A DNA stretch of 64,000 bases, taken from NCBI RefSeq assembly GCF_009834535.1, contig NC_045696.1:66094001-66158000 (forward strand). The letters are read 5' to 3'. Position numbers and translations under genes: made by a program. This DNA comes from Camelus ferus (Eukaryota). Of the stretch, positions 1 through 12,789 are shown piece after piece (position 1 is the stretch's first letter; the number at the start of each line of letters is the position of its first letter). Below the pieces are notes generated by a model, which saw nothing but the letters and a program-made list of their open reading frames with translations, searched no databases and was not told where the DNA came from.

Positions 1-146
1 AATATGCATTAGAATGCTTTTCAATAGTAATGGCTAAAACCAAAGGTCATCTAATTAAATCTTCCAGTTAATCTAGGTTTCATTAAGCCAACGTGTTTTC
101 TAAAGATGACAGTAGAAGAGATTTACATCAAACTTGCATTACTCAC

Positions 147-290
147 CTAAAATAGTTTCATCCGTTCCAAAATGAGCCCGGTAAAACAGGACCATCTCCA
201 GCCAGTACACATGGTAAACCACAATGAGAATCACTACCAACAGGACCGTGGCTCCAAAACCACACGCCAGTTCCACTGTGTATCTTGGAG
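147..290 (-). CDS. IL1RAP: IL1RAP transmembrane exon (exon 10 equivalent); 5' boundary uncertain (290 likely, 296 ancestral, 320 possible)
   Basis: Translates APRYTVELACGFGATVLLVVILIVVYHVYWLEMVLFYRAHFGTDETIL, with donor G|gtgagt at 146-141. The ancestral acceptor position reads ccaa; the nearest AG is tgatag| at 292-291. Confidence 0.93.
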
Positions 291-577
291 CTATCATTGG
301 AGTAAACAACAAAGAAACAACTGATTTCCATGCAGTGATCACGGTGACCCATTACCCTGCAAATAGCTGTGAACCTGACTTCTATGTGTGAACAAGCAGA
401 GATAACATAGTAGGGGTTAAGCACTACATTTTAATGCTAGACTGTGGCAAATTTATCTTTTTGTTTCCAGAAACTGGCACAGAAGGTATTTTTAACTATT
501 AGGTGATTTGAATAGACTTTGATGATATACAAATTAAAACAAAATATTAGCATGGTAAAGGATCTATAAGGTCATCC

Positions 578-1002
578 TTTGCAGCAACACGGATGCTCCT
601 GGAGAATGTCATTCTAAGTGAAGTAAGCCAGAAAGAGAAAGAAAAATACCATATGAGATCGCTCACATGTGGAATCTAAACAAACAAACAAACAAACAAA
701 CAAACAAGGCATAAATACAAAACAGAAATAGACTCATAGACATAGAATACAAACTTGTGGTTGCCAAATGGGCAGAGGGTGGGAAGGGATAGACTGGGAT
801 TTCAAAATTGTAGAATAGATAAACAAGATTATACTGTATAGCACAGGGAAATATATACAAGATCTTATGGTAGCTCACAGAGAAAAAAATGTGACAATGA
901 ATATATATATGTTCATGTATAACTGAAAAATTGTGCTCTACACTGGAATTTGACACAACATTGTAAAATGATTATAAATCATTAAAAAAGTTAAAAAAAA
1001 AA
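578..1002 (+). mobile_element. Young 5'-truncated L1 (ORF2 end, 3'UTR, polyA), camelid type
   Basis: Perfect 10-bp TSD aaggtcatcc at 568-577 and 1003-1012, plus an A tail. Highly similar to 61006-61445. Confidence 0.93.
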
Positions 1003-4000
1003 AAGGTCATCCAATTCAACTTACAGTCTGATACCTGAATCCCTTCAAAAATATTTTTGAAATGTGTTAACTCCATTTGTCTATCTCTTACGTGGACCTG
1101 TTTATGCTATTTGTAGAATTTTAATTGTTGGAGAAGTTAAGATGGAGCCAAAATTTTTATGTGATTCCATCAGTCTTAATTTCTTCCTCTTGTCCAGCAC
1201 CATATGGAGAAATTTAATTCCCTTTTCTTTATATTTGCCAATAGGCCTCAAAAATATTATTATTGAGCAGAAAATGAGGATATCCACCAAATGTTGAGTA
1301 TTGTTTGAAGATTCTCTAAGGTCTACAAATTCTAAAGGCTGACTTGTAATAGCCAGATATGGACAGATTTCCACAATATCTGCTTATTTTTTTTGTGGTA
1401 AGCCCCTTATCCATTTATTTGAAATTATCAAGTCAAGTGAGGTAATTATCAATTACGTAAAAACTAGATATTAACTCTGTAAACTAGGTCTGTCACAATC
1501 AAACCACCAACGACCTGCCTCATTGGCCACTGTCCTTTCCTCAGAAACATCAAGAGGATCTAACTTTGTGCCTTTGCTCATGCTGAGACTTCTGGCTGGT
1601 ATAGTCCTTGCTCATTCTTCAGTTTTTAAGATCGTGATCAAATGTTACTATTTTTATGAGCTTCCTTGGAATACACTTTCCCTGCAACATGACATCTGAC
1701 TGACAGAAATTCCCACTTCCTTTTGTTTATAATTCTTCTACAACATTCTTATCATGTTGTAGTTTGTCTGTAAGCCTGCTTCTCTGCTCTCACTCCCCAT
1801 TCAACTGTGCATTTAGTCTTCCAGGTAGAGACTGCTTCGCCCATCCTATCCTTAGAACTTCTAGGATCTGAATGGACATTTCTGGATATAACCCTGGACA
1901 CTTCAGGGATATTTAAAATAAATCTAGTAATACTAATGTATTAGTAACTTCATTTGGCTGATTTATCAGCTTGTGATACTGAAACTTAGGAGTTTGAAAA
2001 AGGAACAAAATATTTACTGGATCTGAAGCAAGAGTGGCTAAAACTATCAGTTGATTGGACAATTACTCATTGACATCTACTACTTGCTAGAAGCTGTCGA
2101 GGTTATAATGGTAGGTAAGACAGAAATGGTCTCTGCCCCCTTAGAGCTAATATTCTAATGAAAGGAAGTGAATAAGAAAGTAAATAAGTAAGTTAACTTT
2201 AGAGAGTGATCAGTGCTATAAAGAAAATAATGTGATGGAAGCGACTGAGGGGAGGGGTTGAAGGAGGAGAGTTGTGTCAGGTAGGGTGGTGAGAAAAGGC
2301 CTCTTTGAACACTTGAACATTGCAAGGGGTAAGTGTTTGCCGAGATAAGGCATAGAATAATTTCCTTCAAAGATGAGATTGTTATCGAGGCTCCCCGACT
2401 CCAAAGTTCAGAGATCTTTGCACAATACTACCATGAAGTTCAATTATTGATCCTATACGAGTGGAGAAATCCCTTTAAAACAGATAGCTATCCTAAGGGG
2501 AAAATGGTAAGCAGCCTGGAGCAGACCCTGAAGTTCTCTAATTAAAGACAAAATCATTGTGCTTCGAGTTCATTATCCTACACTCAGGACACTAATCCTG
2601 CTGCAGAGTTAGACCGGGACTCAGCAGCGCAGAATTATTACCAGGTACTCTTTTACTTGTCCTGTGAACAGCGGTTTTTGAAAATAAGAAAACTCCCATC
2701 ATAAGATGCCACAAGCTATGTAAGTGCAGTTGATGAGAATTTACTGAGATCAATGTGAGTAGCTGGCATGAAAATTGCTGTGTCCTTGGTATTTCCGAGT
2801 ACATGCTATGTTAACAACACAGTGGGGTAATTCCCACTGTCATCTTCATGATTCGCTCAGTTATGTTGGTCCCTCTGGGGGAACATTTTGTAACAGGGAG
2901 GAAAAAAAAAAGAGATCAGTGGATGCACTTACCTGAAATGGATTTTTTTAAAATATCAATAGTTAACTTTGCTTAATGATCAAGAGATCAGTTGCACTCA
3001 TAACTTTCCCTCTGCCACATTCATTTTACTACTGGCTATTTTATTTCTAGTGGGGCTTTATAATTTTGTTTGTGTCATACACTTACTTGTGTCATATACA
3101 GATTGTATTTTGTTGGGCCATCTTCATAATGATAGCAAGAAGTCCCTAATGCTATTTAACTAACTGAACTCTTAAGATTAATAATCCACAAGCCTGAATT
3201 TCTAAATAGATTGAATCATATGCAGGAGGTGCTCTCATTCAGCTTTGCTGGCATGCAGGGGAAGCGTGGCCCTCACCCCACACTTTCTGTCTGCCCTACC
3301 TTGAACCTCTGATATTTTGGCATAAAGATTGTACTCTGATGCAATCCCAGACCAAAGGGCTTCCAATCAGAAAGGGGTGATGTAGTTTGACAAAACTGGA
3401 CTCCTAAACTGCTTCTATCTTGGATCTCACTGATAATCTGATTCAGGATGGAGTTAAATTTAGCCACTTGCTCTGGTGTTACTCCCTGAATTAGAATTCC
3501 CTACAGCTCTTTTGAAATTCTACAGTAATGACTGGCTTCAAAGCCCCAAAATTCCAGCTAACCACCCTTGGTTAAACCAGTCCAAGACCTTAGCTCTAGG
3601 CTTTTTCCCTGTGTTAAGTTACTGGTCTACAGCTGTGTTTCTCCTTGAAAACTTAAGTTACGCTCTTCATCTTCATCACTGTAGTGGGAGCCTTGCTATC
3701 CACTGACTCTCAACCAAATACCAGCTGCTTTAATTTCCAAGTATTCTCTGCCACAGAACCTATGACTATTTTTTGTTAAGTTGTTGGGACTTCTTGACAA
3801 TTTTCACTACTGTGATATTGACCATTTTCCTGAATCACAGACAAAGAGGATGCTTTGTTTAAATGGTAGTAAATCAGAGACCTGTGACAGAATTGACCTG
3901 CAGATGTGATTTGTTTGGCTATCATACTGTGTTAAAGCTTGTGCATTTTGGGCTTCAGCGTCTGGCCTTAGAGCAGTAATTGAACTGGGCAGCCTTCTCT

Positions 4001-4199
4001 CCATAACATCTAAAATAATAGTTTTTCAAGTTTGGACAACTGGTTATGCAGGAATGTGATCTATGAGAGGAAGAACACAAAAAAGGTAACCTCACAATTA
4101 CCCTGGCTTTTTGCCTAAAGGCACTTTTGGAACGATGGCACAGGAAGGGGAAAACCGGAAGAAGCACAGTACTCACACTGAGAGGAGGAGACTAAAAAT

Positions 4200-7100
4200 A
4201 GAGTTCAGGACTATTGAATTTATAGGCCTGGGTATTGGAGAGAAGAAAACTGTATAGACAAAGAGTGCTAGAAATTCACAAGTCTTTGGAAAAATACAAA
4301 GCTTTGCATATAAGGGTGACACTTCACAAGGGCAGGCAAGGAGTAGGTACCAGTGAAAGAAAAACTGCCAGGAAAGAAATGACTACTAGAGTGCTGGAAA
4401 CTGAACAATTCTAGAAGCACACACAGGGCTGAGAGACATCTGAGTTAAGACTACTCAGACTGAAGAAATTGTATTCATCTCCTCAAGTATTAAGTAGAGA
4501 GCCTGGAGAGGACATGTCTTAAAAATAGATCTACTCTAGCCTTAGAGAAAAGGCTGCTTTGGACCCACTCTAGAAAGGTGAGCAAGATGCTTCAAGAAAA
4601 GGTAAGCTGTTATGCAAGTATATTAACTACCTGCTAGAAAAAAAAATTAACAGGTGCTCATAAAATTCAGACACTCAATAGTGTAATATCCGCAAGTCTA
4701 GAATAGGACTAAAAAAATTTAGACAGAAAAAAAGCAAAACCAAGTGATCCATAATGAGAAAAAAATTCAGCCAATAAAAACAGAACCAGAATTGACAAAG
4801 ATGATGGAATTAGGAGGAAAATATTTTAAAATGAGCATTATAAATATACCTGTTGAATTTAAAAAAAAAAAGACCATGAACATTATAAAAGCAAATAAGA
4901 AATATCAATACAGATATTTTGGTGGAGAATTACAAATTCAAAAACTGAAAAATAAAATCCTAAAATTAAAAACGCTGTAACTACTTTAAAGGTATCAAAA
5001 AATAACATGCATTAATGTATGCATAGAGGAATGAATAGATGGATAGGTACTGGACAAAGCAAAGATAGCAAAATGATGGAATCTAGGCAAGGTATATGAT
5101 TATTCACTATATAATTCTTTCAAATACTCCATGTATGTGAAAACTTTCTTAATAAAGTGCTGAAATATAAAAATTAATATAAAATAAGACATTTTCAAAT
5201 TAAGATAAAGTTGAGAGAATTTTCAACCAGCAGATGTGCACCATCAGAAACATTAAATAGTTCTTTAGACTAAAGTGTTACCAAGAATGAATAGTGCCAG
5301 AAATGGAAAATATGCAAATAAATAGACAAACCTTTTTTTCTCAGGTCTTAATGTATTTAGAAGATACTTACTTAAAGCAAAAATAATACCAATGTATTGT
5401 AAGTATTTATACTAAATGCAAAATTGAAATGTATTATAACAATAAGACAAAAAAAGGAAAAAAAGAAATGGAAATACGCCATTTTAAGGTTCTCATAAAA
5501 TATGTACAATAATTAATTCAAGACAAATGATGGTAAGTTCAGCATTAATATTGTAAATTCTGTAGAAGAAAAAATTGAAAACCAAAGAGATAAAGCAGAG
5601 CTATAAAAAGGATAATAAATCATGATGATGTGGGGGTTTACCCCAGAAATGAAAGATTGGATCAACATTTTGAAATCAATGGAAAGCATTACATTGACAG
5701 AGTATGAGAAAGATCGTTATGATCTTCAGATGGATAAGAATTTGACGCACTTCAACAGATATTCACTATAAAAACAAAACTCTTAGCAACCCAAAAACAA
5801 AAGACTAATCACTCATGCAGATAAAGGTCATCTACAAAAACCTACAAAACCCATCATATTCAATATGTGAAAACTGAATGATTGCCAAGTAAGACAGGAA
5901 ACAACGCAAAGACGGCTGTTCTCATAATTTCTGCTGATCATGCTACTGGAGGTTCAAAAGAATGCAATGAGCAGAAAAACAAATCAGAAGTATGAAGTTT
6001 GGAAAGGAAGGAGTAAAAGTCAGTTTATTTATAGGTGACATGATCAAGTGTATAGAAAATGCTAAAACACGGAAAGAACAAAAAAACTCATTTAATTTGT
6101 GAATTTGAAAAAGTCAAAGGATTGAAATAAAAACATATAAATTATTTAATTTCACGTTTCTTTTCTATCAATGAGCAGTTGGAAAAATGAAAATTTAAAA
6201 ATACCGTTATAATAACAGCAACAACAAAATATTTATGGATGAATTTAACAATATGTGTGCAAGACCTGTATACTCAAAACTAAAAGAAGCATTGCTGAGA
6301 ATATTCAATTAGTCTTAAATAAATTGAGAGCTATATCATGTAAATGGATTTAAAAACTCAATATTGCTAAAATTTCAATCAAATCCAGGCAAGGCTTTGA
6401 TGTTAGAAATTGACAAGCTGATACTAAAATCACATGAAAAAAATATATGGTTCCTAAAAGAGTCAAATCAATCTTGGAAAAGAAAAAAAAGAGGGCAGAC
6501 ATAAAGTATCTGATTTTATGACTTGCTTTATGTGTTTTTTTTTTTTTAACCTTTTTATAGGGGGAGGTAATTCAGTTTATTTGTTTGTTTGTTTAATGGA
6601 AGTACTGGGAACTGAATCCAGGTCCTCATGCATGCCAGGCATGCACTCTACCACTGAGCTATCCCCTACCCCCTGATTTCATGACTTACATTAGAGCTGT
6701 TAATCAAGACAAAGTAGTATTGGAGTAAAGATAGACAAACAGATGAATAGAACAGAAAAGGGAATGCAGAAATAGACCTACATTCATAGTCTTTTTTTTT
6801 GGGGGGGGCCATGTTGTCAAAACAATTCAATAAAAAAAGGAGAAAATTTTCAATATGAGGTTAGAACAACTGGTTTCTGTATGGAAAACCATTTTTTTTG
6901 AAATGGATCATAAGCCTAAGTATAAAAGAAGAATCTTTATAAATGAAAGAATGTTAATATAAAATCTAGAAAGTTCTAGCTATAATAGAAGAAACTTATT
7001 AAATGGATTTCATGAAACTTTAAAAAATTACGCTCATCAAAACAAACATTCACAAACTGTGTGAAAATGTTTATGAGTCATATCTGACAAAAGATGTATG

Positions 7101-7450
7101 AGATATACTGTACCACTAACAAGTAACCCAACAGCAAAATGGGTCAAAAATTGCAATGGGCATCTCAGAAAAAGAACCATTACTTAGTGGTCAGTAAGTC
7201 CATGAAAAAGTGCTCAACATCATTAGCATCTGAGTAGTGCACATTAAAAACAATGTGATACTAGAGCCCATCTACTAGCACGGCTAAATTTTAAGTGTGT
7301 TAACTCCAAAGCTTGGTGAGGACGTAGAGCACTTGGAACTTACATACACTGCTAGTGAAAGTGTAAAATGGTGTGACTTCTTTGGAAATAACTTTGGCAG
7401 GTGCTCATAAAGTTCAGCCTACACCTTGCCTTAGTCCCTACCACTCTCCT
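4200..7450 (+). mobile_element. Old, heavily deleted L1 (L1M class) remnants
   Basis: A-rich strand with degenerate L1 motifs, e.g. gaaattgacaagctgatactaaaa, aatcaagacaaagtagtattgg and aaaaagtgctcaacatcattag. Boundaries are approximate. Confidence 0.75.
6525..6672 (-). mobile_element. tRNA-derived camelid SINE (Vic-1-like) nested in an old L1
   Basis: The reverse strand has an A box (tagctcagtggtagag), a B box-like ggattcagttccc and an A-rich tail. TSD ctgattt(t/c)atgactt at 6510-6524 and 6673-6687. Confidence 0.88.
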
Positions 7451-8289
7451 TTTGTAAAACTGCATGTTTATCATGTTCACATTAGCTGCCTCTCCTTTAA
7501 TACGTTGCTTTAACTGACTAGATGAAATCGTGCTGCTGTCAAAAGGTCCGTCCCAGTGAGCTCTTCTCACTGAGGCTAGGGCCTCCTTCTTTCATCTTCT
7601 TGATGAAGAACATAGAATGCTTTGTCAACAGATGCAGAATTCAGAGAAGGACCCCTACATATAATGTTTGAAGGCGGACACATATCACCTATGATCTCAG
7701 CATTAACTAGCCCAGAATAGAATCCAAATAAACAAACCCACAACAGCGCTGGTACCACTGGATGTACAGAGACCCAACTGGGTCCTATGTAATATTCATG
7801 TAATTTCAGCACAGATCACCTGGTCTAGTGGGTGCACTTATCACTCCACATTCCTGCTGCCAAGTGAGTTAAACCACTCAGAACACAGCCTTCTGTGAAA
7901 GGAAAGCGACACAAGCAGCTCTGGTGGACAGACTTCCACATCTCTCCTAGATTAAACATTATTTTAGTTGATTGTTTTGATTCTAACCATCTGACAATAA
8001 GGTATTAATTTATGCCATCCTCCATAGTTGTTTCCCAAAACACATGCCTCAGAAGATGAATTGCACAAAACACTATGTGTAAAGCATATGGAGCCAAATA
8101 TATTTGAAAAAAAGCCTGCCTACTATATTAAAACTCCCTGCAGATACTCATATCAAATATTAACATATTAAAGACTCTAAGGGGTTGTGAACTAAAGTAA
8201 CTTGATTGATTTTTATTTACCCTAGATGTCAATGATAGTTGAATATAAAAGCCTTTTGTCATCTAACATCTATGAAAATCTTGTGGAGA

Positions 8290-8515
8290 TAATAATTAAA
8301 AGAGCTAACATGTATTGAGCATTTAATATGTACATATGTATATATGCCAGGAAATGTGCTGAGTACTTTAAAACAATCCTGTGAGGTAATGGTATGATTT
8401 TGCCTACTTTAAATAGAAAGAATTGAAGCTCAGCGAGGTTAAGTGATTTTCCCAAGGTCACACAGTTAGGATGCATAGAAAACAGGATTCCAACACAGAC
8501 TATCTGAGTCCATAG
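8290..8515 (-). mobile_element. MIR SINE
   Basis: Core tgaagctcagcgaggttaagtgattttcccaaggtcacacag. Similar MIR cores occur near 10300-10520, 14640-14880, 18180-18300, 22500-22950, 42100-42230, 44820-45008, 49900-50000, 51880-52000 and 63300-63450. Confidence 0.85.
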
Positions 8516-9069
8516 CACAAATAATGAATTGCAGTACGATAAAGGGTCTTAGCCGTGTTCTTAGGAACTAACTTTGGGAAATACTGCCTTATATCACGTA
8601 GTTCAGTCTTTTCTCTCTGCACTGACTTCTGAGGAGCAGAAGCAATTAACTATTCAGAACCAATCCATTAAGCCTTCTTAAGATGCATACACACTTCAGG
8701 TCTTTGCTCTTTACTTTGTAAAGAGTAATGAAATGTTGACGAGAAGCCTGTTTTTCCATCAACTTTAATAAAGGTTTAAATCCCATTGCAAAATGCAACA
8801 GTTATGAACTAACTGTTTTTTTGTGTGTGTTTGTTTTGTTTGTTTTTTTGCTTTTGATATAACCATTATAAGCTCTGACATTGGGATCCAGAATGATTCT
8901 GAATGGCCTGACTTCATGTATAATGCATCCTCATTATTATCCAGATCACTGAAAGACATTCTTGAAAAGATTAATTGGCTGGGGTTCTTTGTTAGGGGTG
9001 AGACCCAAAGAGAATTTCAGACACAGTATGCTTTAGGAGCAACAGCTCATATTAGAAAGCTTTATAATT

Positions 9070-9079
9070 TTTATTTATT
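9070..9079 (-). terminator. Overlapping AATAAA polyadenylation signals, likely the 3' end of soluble IL1RAP mRNA
   Basis: The minus strand reads taAATAAATAAAaattataaa about 710 nt after the soluble stop codon, at the end of an AT-rich stretch with no recognisable repeat. Other AATAAA copies lie at 9501-9506 and 9530-9535. Confidence 0.6.
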
Positions 9080-9786
9080 ATAGGAAAATCTAGTAATATC
9101 AACATAGAAATCATTTTACATCATTTTAAGTCATAGTTTAAGTAACTTTCATTTTAGCAGTTCTGGCTAGTGGTGTATTATAAACCTGCTTGAATATTGA
9201 TACATAGTGTTTAAAATCAACATTTTAAAATTATGTTTTTGAGAATAAATATTTTCTATCTTACTTAACTACTTGCACAAAATTAGATGACTGCTATTTA
9301 TAGGGTTTCATTATTAGAGATAATGCTTCTAAGTACATCGATGGGGACATAATTCCCTTTCTGTTAGGTTATTTGTTCAGCAAAAATTCCAAAAGTATTA
9401 AGTCATGTGGTATGATCATTTTTATGACTCTTGAACTCTGTCATCACTGATTTCTAAAAGGGTCTTTACAATTCACCAACAATATGTGACTCTTATCAGT
9501 TTTATTATATCTTTGGTAGCTTTAAATATTTTATTTTTCATTACTGTATACATATAAAACTCTACTTCATTATCGTAATCATACAGAATTTTAAACTCAC
9601 ATTTGGGCAGTAAGTTACTAAAATTGTAAGAAATTATGTTTTGAGTATCTTTACATAGATGGAAACTTTCTCTCAAGATGTTTCATTCAACTTTAATTCA
9701 CTGTTATGTGTTGGATGTGCTAAGTGCTGGAACTCTCTCCTCAATTTCTCCTTTTTCCTTATTCACCACAATGTTACATTTGGAGT

Positions 9787-9818
9787 TCACTGATTCATCC
9801 GCTGAATGCATCCATTAC
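9787..9818 (-). CDS. IL1RAP: Soluble IL1RAP-specific C-terminal tail (read-through of the exon 9 donor)
   Basis: G|GT AAT GGA TGC ATT CAG CGG ATG AAT CAG TGA = GNGCIQRMNQ*. Resembles the known soluble tails (human GNRCGQ*, recalled). Confidence 0.85.
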
Positions 9819-9967
9819 CTTTCTGTTTCACCTTGGCTGATTTGTCAACCTCCCCTTTGGCATTTCTGGCATGACAGACATAGTTGCGCTTGAGATCCTC
9901 AGCAGTAACTTTCTTGATGCTCAAAAGCTGAGTTCTTGTCTCGTCTTCTATTTTACTCAGACTTACG
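9819..9967 (-). CDS. IL1RAP: IL1RAP coding exon (exon 9 equivalent), second half of Ig domain D3
   Basis: ctag|CGTAAG...CAGAAAG|gtaatg, 149 nt. Translates VSLSKIEDETRTQLLSIKKVTAEDLKRNYVCHARNAKGEVDKSAKVKQK. Confidence 0.97.
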
Positions 9968-11859
9968 CTAGAAATAGGAGAAAAGAAATCAAAGCATTAG
10001 TGAGACTGAAGCCCATGGTCGTGTGGGAACCAGACAAGTAGACACCCACAGAACCCCTATATGAGGGTGATGCTGATAAGCTGTGTTGCCTGTAATCCAG
10101 TAGTTACAAAAGAAGACCAGCATCTCGATTCCAATACCACTCTTTACCATCTACACTACACCCAATTCCAATACCTCGATTGACTCCCAGTGTTAGCATC
10201 ATACTACGGACCTCTCTTCAAAGAGAAATGTCTCCCTTCCTCAAACTTCTGAGGCAGAATGCTGTATCAGTTTAGACATAAGCTTCTGAGGTCGGATCCC
10301 TTTGGATTTTGATCTACGCTTTGTCACTTCCTGATTATATACTTTGGGTGAGGTAACTAATCTTTCCATGTCTGAGTTCCTCCTTTGAAAAGGAGGAAAG
10401 TGGCAATGCCAACATAGTGCATTACATGTATTAACTTACTCAAGAATTCTGAGGATTAAATATGTTGATGTATAAGAATTAGAACAATGCTTAATACATA
10501 TTTATATAAGCTATTATTATTATTACCCTATAGTAATAGGTAATGCATTTCAGGGATTCCCAAAACTTGGATTTTGAACACAGATTGACCATTTCGGTTA
10601 AAATGCTGAAAACTCACGGTTATATTCTGAAAATAAGAAACTTCTCAGGGAAAGAGGATTTGTATTTCTTTGTCAAATCCTCAGCAAATCAGAGATCAAT
10701 TGCTTTGGGTCTAAGATGAAGGTTTAAAATCCTTTTGAACTACTTTGCTCAAAAGGGGAAAAAAATTCTCTCTCCTACAGTTGACTGACATCCGGGTTCT
10801 TCTGATCAGGCTTACCATCAGTCATGACAACTTGGTAAAGGGCTATGATGGATTTAACCAAAGTAACTGCACTGCTCAACTATGAGCAGAGAAATGTGTT
10901 TCAATAGCAGCAAGGAGAAACAATGTGACTTTCCTCACTATTCATTTATTATTATTAGGAAGATAGGAAGCAGAATGCTCAGAATTCCTGAAATGATCAA
11001 TAAATTTCTGCATAAAGTCTGAGTTTACTACTAGGGAATAAGTACCTTTTAAAAACTGGAAGTTCAAGTAGCCTAAGATCTATTTACACATGGTGATAAG
11101 GCTTAAGTTCTCAGCACTACTTTGTCATGTAGTTAGTCAACTGCTCATTTTTATTAGTTGTTGCAGTCACCCAGCTGCTGTCTTGCAGCTGCATGCTTAA
11201 TTTACAGGGGACTCTTTTGTCTTCAAAGACCCATATTTCCTCCTTGCCAACTGAAGCCGCTTCAAAAAATGTCACGTTTTTAGAAATAAAATGACCCAGC
11301 TTGTTATTTTAAGAGTGAGCTAGATTACTATCCCATCTACTTTAAAAGTAAAGTTTAAAGAACATGAATGTGTATAGTCAATATCAAAAAATTATTATCA
11401 ATTATAAATGTAATATATATGTTATGATAATTATGAAAGAGGAGGAGGAAGATAGGAAATATATGCTTGCTGCAAGACAAGAAACTAACACAATTATCTG
11501 AAGCACAAATACATAGACCCAGACTCCAGATTTGAGAAAAACAGGACCACGCTGGCAAGCTTTCATCTATCCACAACCCCTAATTGTGGCCTTTTCATTC
11601 ATGTAGGATATGCACCGCCCCCCCATCTACCTTCAGGTGGGTATCATACAGATGTGGTCATTAGGTGGCATCTGGGGTGAGGACTGCCAAGTCCAATAAT
11701 CCTGCTTTGAGATATGGCCAATAAAGACTTGAAATTCATGCTGATTTTTGTTAATGATAGGCAAAAATTAGAATTTTAATCTTCATTGATTAGTATACAT
11801 CAGAAGGCATTAAGTTGAGGGACAAGGGTTAGCCACCCCCTTGCCTTTGTCAAGGATAC

Positions 11860-11986
11860 CTTTCATTAACAGTTATGTCAAAGGTGGTGTCGTCTGGCTT
11901 TTTTCCATCAATGGTCCACCAAACCTCATTGCGAGAGTCCTTCAGGAAAGTAAAATGGACTTTACAGGGGATGAGCAGCTCCTCTC
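11860..11986 (-). CDS. IL1RAP: IL1RAP coding exon (exon 8 equivalent), first half of Ig domain D3
   Basis: tttag|GAGAGG...GAAAG|gtatcc, 127 nt. Translates GEELLIPCKVHFTFLKDSRNEVWWTIDGKKPDDTTFDITVNE(S). Confidence 0.97.
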
Positions 11987-12789
11987 CTAAAAAAAAAGCA
12001 AATTAACTCATCAGTTTGTTACCTTTACAAGGTTCTACTCTGTGATCAGTCAGAAGCCATAAAACTTACATACCCCTGCAACCCTACTTCTGACTAATTT
12101 TCAAGTGGGCTACCATATGGTAATGTACTACTTCTTATTGCAAAACAAACAAACCAGGAATAGAAGGGCAGCAACTTTATATAAAATTATCAGAATGTCC
12201 ATCTTTTAATAGCATTTATATGTGCTCTAAAGTGACACTGTTTGTTCAAAAAGGCTCCGACAATTTTTTAGCTCTGAACCTCCATGGACAGCTCTTCTCC
12301 TTTGTTATTTCCCTCCCAAACAAAGGGTGACCGAGGAAAGAGTCTTCAGATCTTTGGTCCTTGGCCAGAGAAGACAGGACAATGCCATAGATGAGAGGAC
12401 TGGTCAGGCAGGCTGAATCTGGAAACGCTCCAGCTATTAGGGTGCAGTCAATGAGATTAAAGACAACTTGCAGATAGAAATTCTACCCTATCCTTCTGAG
12501 CTGGCATATGAGGATAGGGGGATCTCTAGGCAGCAAATGGTAATGATCGTAATTATCATAACAACAGCAGCAGCAGCTCACTCACTGAGACCTTTAAATA
12601 ATTCACTGTGCTAAATATTTATTATATTTGGCTATTAATTGATGGCCTTATTTGATTTTAACAAAAAATATAAAATATTTTTTAAATTCATGTTTTACAG
12701 ATGCTGGAAAAAACTGAAGCTTAAATATTCTTTGGATTCTGACATTCCAAGTTCACACTGCTAATAAGTGGCAGACCAAGATTTGACCT

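Noticed and set aside
10552..10562. NF-kB-like GGGATTCCC motif (also near 61554)
   Set aside because: It is an imperfect short match expected by chance in 64 kb.
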